Source: Chiloscyllium plagiosum (taxonomy: Eukaryota). From it: a DNA stretch of 64,000 nt. Made by a program: the position numbers and the translations under genes. The DNA lies in NCBI RefSeq assembly GCF_004010195.1, contig NC_057718.1:20338915-20402914 (forward strand), given 5' to 3'. How positions within the stretch are numbered: the first letter of the stretch is position 1; the number at the start of each line of letters is the position of its first letter. This document shows, piece by piece, positions 50,770 through 63,039 of the stretch. The notes below the pieces were generated by a model. It worked only from the letters and a program-made list of their open reading frames with translations, was not told the origin of the DNA and did no database searches.

Positions 50770-52208
50770 AGCTGTGGCTGCCTCTTTGTGGAGTACGTGG
50801 AACATTCCTTGTTCCAGGCCTACTCAGGGTCCCACCCACAACTCCTTCTCTGATACATTGATGACATCATATTTGCTGCTTCTGTCTCTCACCCAGAATC
50901 ATAAATGTTTATCAATTTTGTTTCCAATTTCCACTTTGCTCTCTCCTTCACTTGGTCCATTTCTGACTTCTCCTTTCCCTTCCTTTGAGTTTCTGTTTCC
51001 ATTTCTGGGGAAACACTGGTCACCAATATCCACTACAAATCCACTGACTCCCACAGTTACCTTGACTATACATCCTCACACCCAGCTTCCTGAAAAGATT
51101 TTATTCTATTCTCCCAGTTTCTTTGTATCTATCACATCTGCTTCTACAGGGGAGCCTCTGAAATGTCCGCCTTCTTCCTCAACCAAGATTCTCCATCTCT
51201 GAGGTCAACAGGATTGTCAGCCATGTCCCACCCATCTCCCGCAGCCTTTCTCTTCCATTCCACAACAGCAATAGGGTTCTCCTGGAACTCACTTCCACCT
51301 CAACAGCATCCATATCCAAAGGATCATCAGCTGCCATTTCTGCCAGCACCAGCAGGATGCCATCACCAGTCCCTTCCCTTGTCAGCCTTCTGCAGGGGCA
51401 GTGCCGTCCAGGACACCATGGTTCACTTCTCCATTCCCAACACCTCCTCACACCTCTATGGTACCTTCCCTTACAACTGCAGAAGGTGTAACACCTGCCC
51501 TTTTTGTCCTCTCTCCTCACGATCCAATGCCAAGTGAAGCAGCAATTTACCTGCACTTCACTCAATCTGGTCTACTGTATTCATGCTCTACGTTGGGGGG
51601 ACAAAACACAGATTCGGTGAACGTTTGGAATAACACTTACGTTCTTTCTGCAAAACTGACCCTGACCTGCCTGCTGCCTGCCACTCCAACATATCACCAT
51701 GTTTTCTTGCCAACATTTCTGTCTCAGGCTTGCCTCAGTGCTCCAGTAAACCTCAATTCAAGCTGGAAGAACAGCATCTCATTTTTGTTTGGAGACCTGT
51801 AGCTTTTAGGACTCAATATCCAGTTTAATACTTACAGGACCTGAGCACCTACTCCTATGTCTTTACCCAAAGTCCCCACACCAGGTCTTGTCATCACATG
51901 GCTGCCACAACAAACAACCCATTGTCAGCCACAATGATCCCCATTAGCAGCTATCAATTCTCCTGGGTTGACCTTTACCCATTTCTTTGTCTGCCTAACA
52001 ATTGTTCTCTCTCTATTTGGACTCTATTTTTGCCTATCATTTACTCCTCTCTCCCTCCCCACCTCATCTTCAGCATATGTACTAACCTTGTTCTAGCTAC
52101 AACCAGTTCTGAAGAAGGGTCACTGGACCCGAATGTTTTAACTCTGCTTTTTCTCCACCGATGCTGCCAGACCTGCTGTGTTTTTCCATAAATTTCTGTT
52201 TGTTATTC
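50770..52208 (+). mobile_element. Degraded Penelope-like element (RT C-half, GIY-YIG, terminus)
   Basis: Remnants YVEHSLFQAY, YKSTDSHSYLDYTSSHP, GTFPYNCRRCNTCPF; ends agttctgaagaagggtcactggacccgaa...gatgctgccagacctgctg. Confidence 0.85.
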
Positions 52209-52214
52209 GATAGC

Positions 52215-53760
52215 ACTACAGGAGTTCCTCAAGCCCAACTTTCAACTGCTTAATCAGTTAGATTCGCTCCACCATCAGGTTAGAAGTGGAGATACTCACT
52301 GTTGATTGTAATGTTTAAGTTCATTTGCAACTCTCAGGTAATGAAGCAATCTGTGCACTCATGTAGCAAGACATGATGATATTCAGTTTTGGACCAATAC
52401 GATGACATGTAACATTTGCATCATGAATGCACGAGCCAATAATCCCACCATCAACATCCTGGGCATTGGGGAGGGGGGGCGGCGGTGTAGGTGGTCACTA
52501 TTTATCTGGAACTTGACTGGGCCAGCTACAAAAATGTTGTAAGTACAAGAGCAGTTCAGAAGCTGGGTATTCTGTGACAAGGGACTCACCAACTAAGTCT
52601 TTCCGTCAGCATGGTAAGAGTTAAGATTATGATGGAAAACTCTCCATGTGCCTGGATGAACACAGTTCCAAAAGGCAGTGCAAGAATAGAGGCAATTGAA
52701 GCTATATGTGCAGTGGTAGGTTGAGGAAATGATTACAAAGGCATTTTGGATCCCTTGCTCTACAAGTTGAGTTATGGAGTACAAAAGCAAAAGAGTTATA
52801 ATGAATATTTATAAGATATTGGTCTGGTCTAAATGTGCCTGATTCTAGGATGTGAAGGATTTAGACAGTGAGAGCAGAAAGATTAACAAGGATGATCCCA
52901 GGGTTGAGGACTGAGGGACTTCACTTATGAAGACAGTGGGGAGAAGTTAGAGCTTCTCAGAGAATAGAAGGTCGAGAAGAGATTTGATAGAGGTATTCAG
53001 AAACAAGAGGAACTTCATCAAAGCAAATACCTGTACAAAGAATCTATTCCATTGGTATAAGGATCAGAGGATACTAAGTTAAGCTAATTGACAAAAAAAA
53101 ATGTTTCTCTTTTACAGGAATGTATGGCCTGGGTGGTAGCGGCAGCTTGACTTGTGACTTTCAAACAGATATTGAATGAGCAGCTGAAGTTAAAATATCA
53201 TTTTCAGGGTTACGGGGAAAGGGCAAAGGTTTGGGGGAGTAGCTTAATTGCTGCTGCAGAGAGTTGGATGGACCAAATGCCTTCTGTGTCGTAACTCTTC
53301 TCTAATTCCTAATACCGTAAACTCAGCATTATCTTGGATAAATCAACTGGTTTGAGTAGCATCCACCACCTTAAACATTTACTTCCTCTACCACTCTGTG
53401 GTTGCACTGTGTGCCATCTACAAAAGGCACTGTAACACCTTCTTTGACAGCATTTCCCAAGTTCATGAATTCTTCCACCTAGGACAAAACCAACAGTTGC
53501 ACAGGAACACCAGTACCTCCAAGTTAACTTCCAAATGACACATCAGCTTTAATTTTGAAATGTATGACTATTTCATCTTATTGTTAGGTCAAAATCCTTA
53601 TATTGCCCCATTCCTCTTAACAGTACAATGGAATACTCTCACCACAAACAGAGGAGTGATTCAGAAAGTGGTTTTCTGCCACCTTCTTTCAGGCAATTAG
53701 GGATGAGCAATAAATATTGGCTTTTCCAGTGACACCCAAATCAGATGAATTAATTTCAAA
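52215..53760 (+). mobile_element. Old LINE 3' remnant with nested degraded CR1 (~52690-53310)
   Basis: LINE tail ggcaattagggatgagcaataaat...; internal CR1 motifs gagtacaaaagcaaaagagttat and gagatttgatagaggtattc. Confidence 0.55.
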
Positions 53761-54047
53761 AAAGATTGGACTATCCAACACATTTAAGAAAGAACATTTG
53801 CAGCTAGCTCAGAAGTCTCCTATGCCATTCTTTTATGGGCTTCACGTTCAGTTTCTGAAAATGAAAATAGAGTTTCTTATCTTATAGAACAACTCATTTC
53901 TCTTCATACCTTCAGTTATGACCCTCAAACTATTAACTGAACAAGTTCAGAATATTCAAACTGAAGAAAAGAAACTTGTGTCTATTGATAGTTATTCCAC
54001 AAAGTATTTCCCAAGAAGACCCCAAGCAAAAGTGTAATGAATTTGTA

Positions 54048-54623
54048 AAATAAAGAGGACATTGGTTAGGTCACTTTTGGAATATTGCGTGCAATTCTGA
54101 TCTCGTTCCTATCGGAAGGATGTGGTGAAACTTGAAAGGGTTCAGGAAAGATTTACAAGGATGTTGCCAGGATTAGAGGATTTGAGTTATCGGGAGAGGT
54201 CAAATAGGCTAGGGATGTTTTCGCTGGAGTATCGGAGGCTGAGGTGTGACCTTATAGAGGTTTATAAAATCATGAGTGGCATGGATAGGGTAAATAGACG
54301 AGGTCTTTTCCCTGGGGTAGTGAAGTCCAGAACTAAAGAGCATAGGTTTAGAGTGAGAGGGTAAAGATATAAAAGAGACCTAACAGGCAACTTTTTCACG
54401 CAGAGGGTGGTGAGTGTGTGGAATGGGCTGACAGAGGAAATGATGGAGGCTCGTACAATTGCAACATTTAAAAGGCATCTGGGTGGGTATATGAACATGA
54501 AGGGTTTGGAAAGATATGGGCTGGGTGCTGGCAGGTAGGACTAGATTGGGTTGGGATATCTGGTCAGCATGGATGTGTTGGATCGAAGGGTCTGTTTCCA
54601 TGCTGTACATCTGTATGACTCTG
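54048..54623 (+). mobile_element. CR1 3' fragment
   Basis: ORF VKLERVQERFTRMLPGLEDLSYRER...; same subfamily as 28525-29090. Confidence 0.92.
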
Positions 54624-56176
54624 TTAGAAAGGCTGGAAGTACACAACAGATGTTGTAGCAATTGTGGAGACAGTTATGATTGAGTCACATATGACTCAGA
54701 ACAAAAATTTCAGACTTATTTATTTCAGATGTGCAGCACCTGCAGTATTTTCTTTTAAAATTAGGATTATTCATGATTGAAATAGTAAGGAGGAAAGGTA
54801 TGACATTAAAGTAACCAACAAAATTTCACAGAGAAAGACAAAGACCATTAATTTCATATATGTATGAGAAGAAATAGATTATTGTTGATTACCTCAAACT
54901 TTGCACTTTAGTGTAGTTGAGAGAATGAGGACACCAAAAAAAACGAAGTAGATGTTTCAGGAAACTGAAGGGAAAAAAAAATCACAGTAAACTATCAGTA
55001 CAGAAATGCAGAAGATAATCTAGCTTTAAAGCAAGAAAAAGGGCAGAAATAAAGATGAAATCTACACAAAAGAACAAAATGCTACAGAAGATAAATTAAA
55101 AGTAGCCAAAATAAATCTGGTCTCAAAGGTATTGCATACAGCAGGATTAAGAAAAATTATTGACTAATGTTGTGCAGAGCTTTGGGCAAAGAAGTAAAAT
55201 ATTCAAATTAACTGTGTTAAATCAATTCTTCGCAAGATTTTGATAGAAGCTAAGTATAAGTTCAGTTCTTTTTTCAAATACATTTCTAGAGCCATTACTT
55301 ATGAACAGAGAACAATTAACAGTCAAAATCTTTTTAAGTGCAAGCTCAACAGACAAATTCCTGTAACAGTGAGTGAAGTGTTTCAACAAGCTTTCCTGAG
55401 AATCAAAAACTGGATACACATGATAGGAATAACTCTTTAGCCATTTTATTTCACAGTACATTTCAGCAATTTAATGCATATATATATATATATTTATTAT
55501 TGTGGTTTGTAGATTGTGCAACTTCAGATTGAATTCTTGGTTGATCCAAATCCTAGCCTCAATTACTTTCAATGAGGTGATCACAGTGGCCTAGCAACAT
55601 GAAGAATGACTCATTAATAAGTATTTTGTAATATTTTAAAAGATTATTTTGATCTCTTTGAATTTTCTTTTTCTGTCTCTTTCTTCCTGTAATTCTCTTT
55701 GAATCTGATTTTAACTGCCCCCCCCATTGGAGAGATGTTTAAAGTAAAAGGGCAACTTAATTCCACAATTCTTCTTCCTTTCTGTCAGGTACCTATATTA
55801 AACTTTTCATGTGGGCCTCACTTGTTCTCAACTACCAATCTCCCTTAATCATAGTCCTATAGTCAAGAACCAGAACCACTACACTATTACGCACTGACTC
55901 ACATCCCACCAACAACAAATGAGCAATAACCACAATTGTAAGATTGAAGTCAGTTTAATTTGATTCTTGCTCATCCAATTACTTTTATCTTTCCTGGTAG
56001 CTTTGTTTGACCCTTTAGCAAGCTTCAAATTCTACATTTGATCCAATATCAAGGTTATCTGTTATTACAACTGCCATGTTTGGCTAGAACACCTGCCAAC
56101 ACTGCTGAAGTCCTTGTCGATCTCATTCAAACTTAATTTCTCCGATGCCCTCCTCACTAGTTTTGCTGGCCCTTAC

Positions 56177-56676
56177 NNNNNNNNNNNNNNNNNNNNNNNN
56201 NNNNNNNNNNNNNNNNNNNNNNNNNNNNNNNNNNNNNNNNNNNNNNNNNNNNNNNNNNNNNNNNNNNNNNNNNNNNNNNNNNNNNNNNNNNNNNNNNNNN
56301 NNNNNNNNNNNNNNNNNNNNNNNNNNNNNNNNNNNNNNNNNNNNNNNNNNNNNNNNNNNNNNNNNNNNNNNNNNNNNNNNNNNNNNNNNNNNNNNNNNNN
56401 NNNNNNNNNNNNNNNNNNNNNNNNNNNNNNNNNNNNNNNNNNNNNNNNNNNNNNNNNNNNNNNNNNNNNNNNNNNNNNNNNNNNNNNNNNNNNNNNNNNN
56501 NNNNNNNNNNNNNNNNNNNNNNNNNNNNNNNNNNNNNNNNNNNNNNNNNNNNNNNNNNNNNNNNNNNNNNNNNNNNNNNNNNNNNNNNNNNNNNNNNNNN
56601 NNNNNNNNNNNNNNNNNNNNNNNNNNNNNNNNNNNNNNNNNNNNNNNNNNNNNNNNNNNNNNNNNNNNNNNNNNNN
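56177..56676. other. Assembly gap (500 N)
   Basis: Run of exactly 500 N, a placeholder-sized scaffold gap. Confidence 0.99.
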
Positions 56677-58247
56677 GTGTTTAAAATCATTCAGAAAAAA
56701 TGTGTAATAATTTGGCGTGTACTTCTATTCTCAGCAAACAAAATTATGTTGAGATACTCATGTATTATAGTAGATAGTGGTTTCACGGAAGATCACTCTC
56801 TTGACTGGCATAGAAGATGCCAAGGGTGTAACATGGGGAGGTCAGCTACCATTGCATAATCACCTCCTTTGGAATCCAGCTTTGGTGACCTTCGCAGCTG
56901 TTAGGTATGATTTGTTGAAGTGATTATCTTCCTGGATATTGTCATCGACATTGTATTATTGGTTTTCCTGGAGTGTAAAATTATGAAGAGTGCAGCATAG
57001 AAACATTGCCACAGGAGCAGGCCTTTCTGCCTCTTAAGCCAAGTAATTCAATTAGATCATGGTTAATTTATATTTAACTACATTTCCCAGCCATGATTCC
57101 AAGAAATCATACACGCAATCAGAATCCATGCTTTGGGCTAAGTAATGAAGTACTCTGCCAGATCTACCCAGACAATGAACTATATTCTTTGCATCTCGAT
57201 GCTCCTTTTCAGGATAGGCTTTCTGACTGCTACAACCAGGATGTATCTGCCTGAGGTTTCAGTGGGATTATGAGCCAAGGTTTTGTCTCCTAGGATCCAT
57301 CCATTCACATGATCATGCTCATGGAAAAGTTGTAAAAAAATAAATTCATCATTTGTAATTCCACTGCATGCTAGATTGTAACCAGCAGGATTTTCTGGTT
57401 GGTATCACAAACAAACTGTATCTTGGGTAAATGGAATCCTTTCAATATATGGCAATGACTTCTCTGTTGGTGTCTTCAGAGTCATCCTTGAGCCAATTAT
57501 GGCATTCTGCATCCAGAATTCAGATTGCTGATAGAACTCACTCACTTTCTTTAACCCTTGGACATTTTGGTGAACTTGATAACTTGTTCCTTTGAAGGGT
57601 ACTGTCATTACCTTGTCACATAGCTGCTATAATTGTACTCTATCTGAAGTTACACAGATTTACACTGGCAGCTTGAAAAGAATGTGAAGCCAAAAAAAAA
57701 ACAGGGAAATAACTTCCATGCTTACAAAAATATTAACATAGTAAAGTAACCCATGGCAATAGTTATATTCACAACCACAGATTAATTCTGATGGTTGAGT
57801 CAAGCTGATTTTAATAGTTACACAATTCCACAAAGGGAACCTTAACAGATCACACCTTTTAACACAAGTTTATCAGAGATCTTATGACACAGTACAGCCT
57901 ATATTTCTGAACCAGAAACTCTAAGTTCAATTTCCATTCCAGGAGACTGAGCCTGATTTCAATTCTGTGAAAGGGGCATGGGTTTGAAATTAGATAAAAT
58001 CTTGCTCACTTTAAATGTAAGGATTAAAGTACAAAATTGTAGGTGTAAGGGAAGACTGTGTCGCTGTAGGGATCTGGGGGGAATTTATCTGAAATCTGCA
58101 AGCATAGCTTGGGGGCTCTTTAAATCTCTCAAACTTCCAACTTCAGTTGGAGTTGCGGGAAATAGGAACATATTTATATGGTGGAAGCTACTCAAAGTGC
58201 AATTCTAGCGCATAAGCGGGAAATTCTCATCCCGACTGCCATTAGGT

Positions 58248-58415
58248 AAAAACAATGAATCTGGCTGGAAACCAGATTCTGGATTATTGGTGCTGGAAGA
58301 GCACAGCAATTCAGGCAGCATCCAGGGAGCAGTAAAATCGACGTTTCGGGCAAAAGCCAGGGCTTTTGACCGAAACGTCGATTTTACTGCTCCCCGGATG
58401 CTGCCTGAACTGCTG
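58248..58415. mobile_element. Fold-back Penelope-like terminal element
   Basis: Head-to-head termini switching at ...cgggcaaaagcc|agggcttttgaccgaaacgtcg...; direct repeats tgccattaggt at 58237-58247 and 58416-58426. Confidence 0.88.
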
Positions 58416-59048
58416 TGCCATTAGGTGAGTCGCACGCCTAAACAGAACTAAGAGTCCGGAACTTGAGTGGACGGACAATACAGACAATTTAAAAGGTCTT
58501 TCACGTTTAACTATAATTGTGCTAAAATGCATTTCGTTTGTTTTATTAGACAATCACGGCGAATTAACAGAATAAGTGCTAGCTGGCAAGCATATTCTGA
58601 GAAAAAAATCTATGAACATTTAATAAAGAAACGAATGTGAAGCAAATAGTTTAGTATTTCTAAGGATGAAATAGGAAGACGAAGTTAAAACGAAGTCGAA
58701 AAGCTGTTTTAGTTATATATTTTAATCGTACGCTTTATAACCAAACGTACGGCAGCAGAATTTTACAGAATTCACTCACAGCTAACTTCAGCAGCTAATT
58801 GAGGTTTAAAAGTACCATTGGCGTGATGCACCAAATTCCCAGAGTTAAAACTGATCATACCCGATGCTGAGTGAGTTCTCCAATTTTCATCGAACACCCA
58901 TACTTGAGTGAAGTAAAGCAAAGATGGAAGCACAAATGTCAGTCTGCATGGCTGGAAACTACAACATAAAAAATGCATTGCTGTGTAGTTACTACTTGGG
59001 GAGATAAGACAAAAAAAGCCCAAAATTACTTGTGAAAGTTTACAGTAC

Positions 59049-59088
59049 CTTCGGTCATCTGGCCGTTTTCTGGTTGAAGGGTCGCCAT
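59049..59088 (-). CDS. EDARADD: EDARADD-family candidate first coding exon (MATLQPENGQMTE)
   Basis: ccccaATGG start context, 40 nt ending GAAG|gtactg (phase 1, compatible with exon 2), in a repeat-free, relatively CpG-rich region. The six exons total 669 nt = 222 aa + stop. The link to exon 2 crosses an assembly gap. Confidence 0.68.
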
Positions 59089-59800
59089 TGGGGGCACACT
59101 CTGATGGTGTGAGCTGAAACGGATACTGTAAGCGCAAAGACGTAAATGAAACAAAGTAACAGTGGAAATCAGGACACCCCGGGAAGTGGGGATCTACTTC
59201 CTGGCAGTTGATGCTTTGGGCAGGTCACCATGTTCTCAGGCAGAGGGAATCTGGTACATGGGCGCTCCCTACAGGAGTGAACTAACTGCAGCTGTCAATT
59301 CGGGGCAACAGGTGACGGGGGGGGGGTGTCCAGAGAGCAACTCTAAAATTGTTGCTCGCACTCTGCCAATTTGTACAGTACATTGAAAAAGATGCGTGCA
59401 AAGCCCTGTGTGCGTTGTGCAAGTTTATATTTTTCGTGTAAAGAATTTCCATCGCTTGTCCATTTGTTTTCGGTTGTTTCCCTTGCTCTCTCCCTCGAGA
59501 TGGAAATCTCGATCGGTTTATATCAACAGTTTTGAGAAAAACCCGTGGCCGGAGTACCTTGAATATATTCGTTTGAATATATTCAGAAATATTCCACAGA
59601 TCAGTCCAACGTTGTTTTGTTGTCCATGTTGTCCAAAGTAGAGAGGCTCCTACATTTCCTTCTGGGCATTTTCCTCCAAAGGTCCGAATCCCGGAGGACC
59701 AATGCAGCTGGAAGTGGAACCCAGAGGCTTCTCTGTTAAATTGATCTGAGTGGCAATTGAAAGGTAACATTTATTGTCCATTCTTAATTACCCGAGAAGG
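59089..59800 (-). promoter_or_regulatory. Putative EDARADD 5' UTR/promoter region
   Basis: Unique sequence directly upstream of the candidate ATG with visibly more CpG than the surroundings; two inverted ETS-type cores (GGAAGT 59182-59187, ACTTCC 59196-59201). Confidence 0.45.
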
Positions 59801-60000
59801 TGGTGGTTCACTTTCATGAATAGTGCCTTTGCTGCAGTTTGTTGGGTCGTGCTTCTTTGAAATTAGGTTTAGAATGATATAATTAGGATATTTAATGCTG
59901 GTATTAAAATGGACAAATAGATAGGCTGCAGTTCTTCCCTCCATTATGGTAATCCAGAACAAGATCATGTAGTAACATTATTAAACTAGTTCAAAGCAAG

Positions 60001-60116
60001 GAGAAAGTGAGGATTGCAGATGCTAGAGATCAGAATCCAGAGTGTGGTTGCTGGAAAAGCACAGTAGGTCAGGCAGCATCCCAGGAGCAGGATGTTTCGG
60101 GCCGGAGCCCTTTATC
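60001..60116 (-). mobile_element. Penelope-like terminus with mutated hammerhead
   Basis: 13-bp TSD agttcaaagcaag at 59988-60000 and 60117-60129; minus reads CTGATAA-A-GGGC-TCCG-GCCC-GAAACATC. Confidence 0.85.
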
Positions 60117-60170
60117 AGTTCAAAGCAAGCCTAAGGAAAAGTTGATCTCACAAAGCTTCATAATTATGCT

Positions 60171-60431
60171 ATATCCCAGAAGTTAAAAATCACACAACAC
60201 CAGGTTATAGTCCTACTGGTTTATTTGGAAGCACTAGCTTTCGGAGCACTGCTCCTTCATCAGGTGGTTGTGTACAAATCAGTACCTTCTGGGATATGAT
60301 TTGGAGGTACCAGTGTTGGACTGGAGTGTACAAAGTTAAAAATCAAGAGGTTGTGTACCTCTTGATTTTTAACTTTGTACATCCCAGTCCAATATTGGCA
60401 CCTCCAAATCATATCCCAGAAGGTACTGATT
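60171..60431 (-). mobile_element. Second-family Penelope-like terminal insertion with 155-bp palindrome
   Basis: Repeat atatcccagaag at 60171-60182 and 60411-60422; inverted arms 60277-60351 and 60357-60431. Confidence 0.82.
60232..60266 (-). ncRNA. Minimal type I hammerhead ribozyme (second family)
   Basis: Minus: CAC-CTGATGA-A-GGAGC-AGT-GCTCC-GAAA-GC-TA-GTG; intact core, stem I CAC/GTG, 5-bp stem II, CUA triplet. Confidence 0.75.
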
Positions 60432-61559
60432 CAGAACCAGGACATAATTAAAAAGAAATGAGACAGTTGGGAAATAATTGTGCTAAGGCATGTGCAAGCC
60501 ACATTAATAAAGGGAACAAAATGGTTAAAAACACTCAGTGAGTGACTCTTCTATCCCATTCTTTTGATCTGTACAGCCTTTGTTTACTGAAAGGAATGCC
60601 ACAATTGTTTGAAATCTGTTAGCAAAAAGAAACTGCACATTTATTTAGTGACTTATCCTTAGGGTTACATCCAATGAATTTTGCTCAATAAGGTAAATGT
60701 TTTGAAGTTGATATTCTTACCATGTGATGCAGTTATGGCTGGCATTTATTGTTGATTTTCAAGTGCCCAAGTAATAGTTTGATGAACTTGACTGGCTTCA
60801 CTACTTCAGAGGGCACTTAATGATGGACCACATTGATGTGTCCCACATAGGCCAGACTAGAATGGCATGTTTTCTCTAAAGTAAGAATTTAAATGGACAT
60901 TAGTGACTCAGTTGGACATTACACAACAATGAACACTTTTCATGACATCAGTTTCAATTTCCATTTCCCAAAACAGAATTCAAACTGCCATGATAGAATC
61001 TTAACTCCCATTTGCTTGTTTATTATGTAGATTACTAGTCCAGAAAGAAACCTTCTGCCTTAATTTGCGATTTGCTATTTCTCATATACAAATCAGCTAA
61101 AACTTAGGCAATCCTTATTTTAATTCAGTTTTGTCTCTGCTAGGCATTTAGAGTTGGCAATAAGTTTTGATCTCTGGACAATTTTTTGATTAGTTTTATA
61201 GATTTGTTTTGGAATAATAAATGTAATGGCTTGAACATTACAGTATAAATATGCATATACCAAATGCTACAAAGATTTAACAAATTTTCTTCATTAAATA
61301 TTTAAAGTGTAATTTATGGAAAATGTTCTACAGTATTTGTAGAGTTGATAAATGCTACTAGAGTTGCCAAACTTTAACAAAGTAATTCATAATCATACGT
61401 TACTAACATCTGTTTCTTATTCTCATTCTGTAAATAACTTTATGTTCATTACAGCTACTCCCATCAAAGATTATAGTTCTGCTTAAAATAAATAAAGCAC
61501 TGTTGAACTTTATTCACTTTCATAATTAATCACTAAGTTACAATAGACAATTTATGACT

Positions 61560-62490
61560 GACCAATGCATTTAAGAAATAATTGTATCAGACAGTCAACA
61601 TACTTTAATGAAAAGGAAATTTGTTTGACAAATTTATTACAGTTTTTTGATGATGAAGTGAGATAAAGGAACAAAACGTGTAGTATTTTGGAATTTTCAA
61701 AAAGCCTTGAATAAGGGGTCAAACAATAGCTTAATGCACAAGGCTCACAGAGTTTAGGGCAATATATTAGTATGGATGGAGAATTGGTTAACTGACAACA
61801 AGTAAAATGTAGGGATAAATAGGACACCCTCAAGTGGCATGTTGGAATGAGTGGAGTGCTGCAAGAGCAGCACTGGGGCCTCAGCCATTTACAAACATAT
61901 TAAAGGAAGAGAATAAGACTAATATGTCCGAAATTGCTGATGATGCAATGAGTGCTAGGTGGAATATAAGGAGGACTCAAAGAGGCTGCAATGAAATACA
62001 GATAGTTTAAATGGGCATCAAGGTGACAGTTGGAAGGTAATGTGGGAACTTATGTGGTCCTTCATTTTTGTATAAGAATACAAAAGCTTAAAATGTTTTA
62101 AAAGCTGTGGAACCTCTAAATGTTGATGTTCAGACAAACTTGGGTGTTCTCATACAAAGAACAACTTAGCATGCAGGTACAGCAAGCAATTAGGAAGACA
62201 TATGGTATGTTGGCTTGACAAGAAGTTGTTTCCACTGCTGGGGAACTGAGTACAGTGGGGCACAGTCTCAGGACAAGAAATTGCTCATTTGGAACTGAGA
62301 TGAGGAGAGGTTTCTTCACACCGAGGGTATAAATCTTTGAAATTCTCTACTTCAAAGGGCTTTAAATGCTCTATCATTGAGCATACTCAAGGCAGAGAGA
62401 TTTTTCATATCTAGAAGATCACCCATGATTAAATCAAATGGCAGTGCTGGCTTGAAAAGTCGTATGGTCTACTCTTGCTATTTTTAAGCT
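61560..62490 (+). mobile_element. Degraded CR1 ORF2 remnant
   Basis: Peptide remnant KEICLTNLLQFFDDE, remnants of the GVLQ..LGP and ADD regions, and gaactgagatgaggagaggtttcttcac. Confidence 0.75.
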
Positions 62491-63039
62491 CTTTTAAAAG
62501 CAATGGCCATATATTTAACTTAATATATTATTTAAAGTTGCTGCAGTTGTTTGAAATAATGTAAATTTACCAATAAAGTAGTCAGATCTGTAAGTTTTAT
62601 CTTTTGCATTTGACTGAAATCATTTCAAAACTAATTGAACAGAGGCATCAACAAATTATATGATAAAAACTTATAACTAATGTGTTTACCCTATTTATCC
62701 AACAGCGTTTGCTCTCCAAAATGTGGTCTCAATATTATTGATAAAGAACATGTAAATACTTGATTCTATGAAGGACTGAAAATTTTATAAATTATACTTT
62801 TATTGTTGTTTGCAGTGACAATGATGGAGAGACCAGAAAATACAAATGGAATTCTAATCAACTATTATATCATCAATTTTACCCGATTGATCTCGAACAA
62901 TTAATAGAATGAAATGTGTTTCAAATCATCTCTTAAGATCAAACCTTCCTTCGCTTATTTTAGCTAATAATCATTGTTGTACAATCAGCATAACAATTCT
63001 GAGTCCCATAGCTCCTTCATTACAGTTCTCTCCACTCCA

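Noticed and set aside
56114..56707. Poly-X ORFs
   Set aside because: Artefacts of the N gap.
58078..58228. NF-kB-like sites (GGGAAATTCT ~58218, GGGGAATTTA ~58078) suggesting feedback regulation
   Set aside because: Imperfect matches expected by chance; no conservation data available.
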